Source: Malacoraja senta (Eukaryota). Taken from it: DNA of 64,000 nt. Made by a program: the position numbers and the translations under genes. The notes under the pieces are model-generated. The model saw nothing but the letters and a program-made list of their open reading frames with translations, searched no databases and had not been told where the DNA came from. Below, in pieces: positions 62,813 through 64,000 of the stretch (position 1 is the first letter of the stretch; each line of letters begins with the position of its first letter). Where the stretch lies: the NCBI GenBank assembly GCA_038087875.1, contig CM075995.1:8124001-8188000 (forward strand), written 5' to 3'.

Positions 62813-63113
62813 TGAAAAAGTCAAGTGGAATTTCCCATCCCTTGTAGTATAGAGTATTAGTGTTCAATAGACAATAGGTGCAGGAGTAGGCCATTCGGCC
62901 CTTCGAGCCGGCACCGCCATTCAATGTGATCATGGCTGATCATCCCCAATCAGTACCCCGTTCCTTCCTTCACCCCATATCCCCTGACTCTGCTATCTTT
63001 AAGAGCCCTATCTAGCTCTCTCTTGAAAGTTCAACCATGTAATTTTTAAACGTGAGCACAGCCTGGTTTAGCAACTTGAACGCCCAGGAACAAAGAAGAT
63101 TGCAAAGAGTGGT

Positions 63114-63472
63114 CTTCTTTTGTCGTATGTCTTTTAGACCTCCAGCTCTGTTGAGGGGAGCCAGGCCAACGTGTCATCGTCCAGGTCAATCAGATCTCGT
63201 TCACCATTCGGTGGCCGGTGTTTGGGGCAACTGGTGACGATGTGCTCCACTGTCTGTGTTGGGTCCCCACACTCGCAGGAGGCGCTGTCCACGAGGCCCC
63301 ACCTCTTCATCGCTACTCCATAGCGTCCTATGCCTGTCCTCAAGCGGTTGAGGGTTGTCCACTGCTTTCGGGCAGGTCCTGGCCAGGGACGTCCATGGGG
63401 TCATTGATGTAATGGTGTAGCCTAGATGGTTCCGCTAACTTCCACTGGTCTCTCCATCTCGTCTTGACCCAG
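63114..63472 (-). mobile_element. 5'-truncated LINE, probably Ingi/Vingi clade, inside a Rex1-like fragment (~63055-63740)
   Basis: LNRLRTGIGR...CECGDPTQTVEHIVTSCP C-terminal motif; 12-bp TSD GCAAAGAGTGGT at 63102-63113 and 63473-63484. Confidence 0.7.
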
Positions 63473-63791
63473 GCAAAGAGTGGTGAACTCTGCCCAGTCC
63501 ATCACAAGTCCTGACCTCCTCACCAACGAAGGGATCTGCAGGAGTCGCTGCCTCAAAACATCAGCCAGCATCTTCGGAGACTCACACCACCCTGGCCACG
63601 CTCTCATTTCACTCCTGCCATCGGGAAGAAGGTACAGGAGCCTGAAAACTGTAAAGTTCAGGTTCAGGAACAGCTTCTTCCCTGCAACCATCAGGCTATT
63701 AAACACTACAACCTCCAAATAAGCTCTGAACCACATAGACTTGGGGCCATTTTTTGTTGTCTTTACACTGTTTTTGTTTTTTGTTTGTTTA

Positions 63792-63807
63792 TGTGTGTGT
63801 GTGTTCA

Positions 63808-63863
<56 letters not shown>

Positions 63864-63896
63864 TTATATATACAGTATATATGTGTGTGTGTGTGT
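63792..63896. repeat. (TG)n/(TA)n microsatellite
   Basis: Directly visible; similar tracts at ~14735-14870 and ~27490-27590. Confidence 0.95.
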
Positions 63897-64000
63897 AGGA
63901 AGGAACTGCAGATGCTGGTTTATACAGAAGATAAACACAAAAAGCTGGAGTAACTCAGCAGGACAGGCAGCATCTCTGGAGAGAAGGAATGGGTGTCGTT

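Noticed and set aside
1..64000. Prokaryotic-type system (retron, DGR, defence operon) suggested by the many RT ORFs
   Set aside because: All RTs belong to ordinary eukaryotic LINE or Gypsy elements, and the only host gene is spliced.

Overview
Vertebrate genomic DNA, not prokaryotic. The repeat set (HE1/V-SINE-like tRNA-derived SINEs, CR1, L1, Rex1-like LINEs, Penelope-derived repeats) suggests a cartilaginous fish such as a skate; this is an inference. Most of the window is transposon-derived. Main contents: (1) a mirror-symmetric module (inverted arm, CpG-rich promoter-like core, forward arm) present twice in tandem over ~2.5-23.9 kb; (2) a Passport-like Tc1 element one stop codon from intact, with an empty site in the paralogous arm; (3) a full-length L1 with a 17-bp TSD; (4) one host gene, a glyoxylate/hydroxypyruvate-reductase-like D-2-hydroxyacid dehydrogenase (four exons found, 34153-49248), with a frameshift and no detectable cofactor-binding exon, so probably a pseudogene; (5) an intact Gypsy LTR retrotransposon with identical LTRs at the centre of a four-level nest; (6) two 33-36 bp hAT-like micro-elements with 8-bp TSDs. 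I found no clear new protein-coding system. The best candidate for something undescribed is the duplicated mirror-image promoter module. All alignments were made by eye, family names come from recall rather than database searches, and repeat boundaries are approximate unless a TSD or TIR is given.
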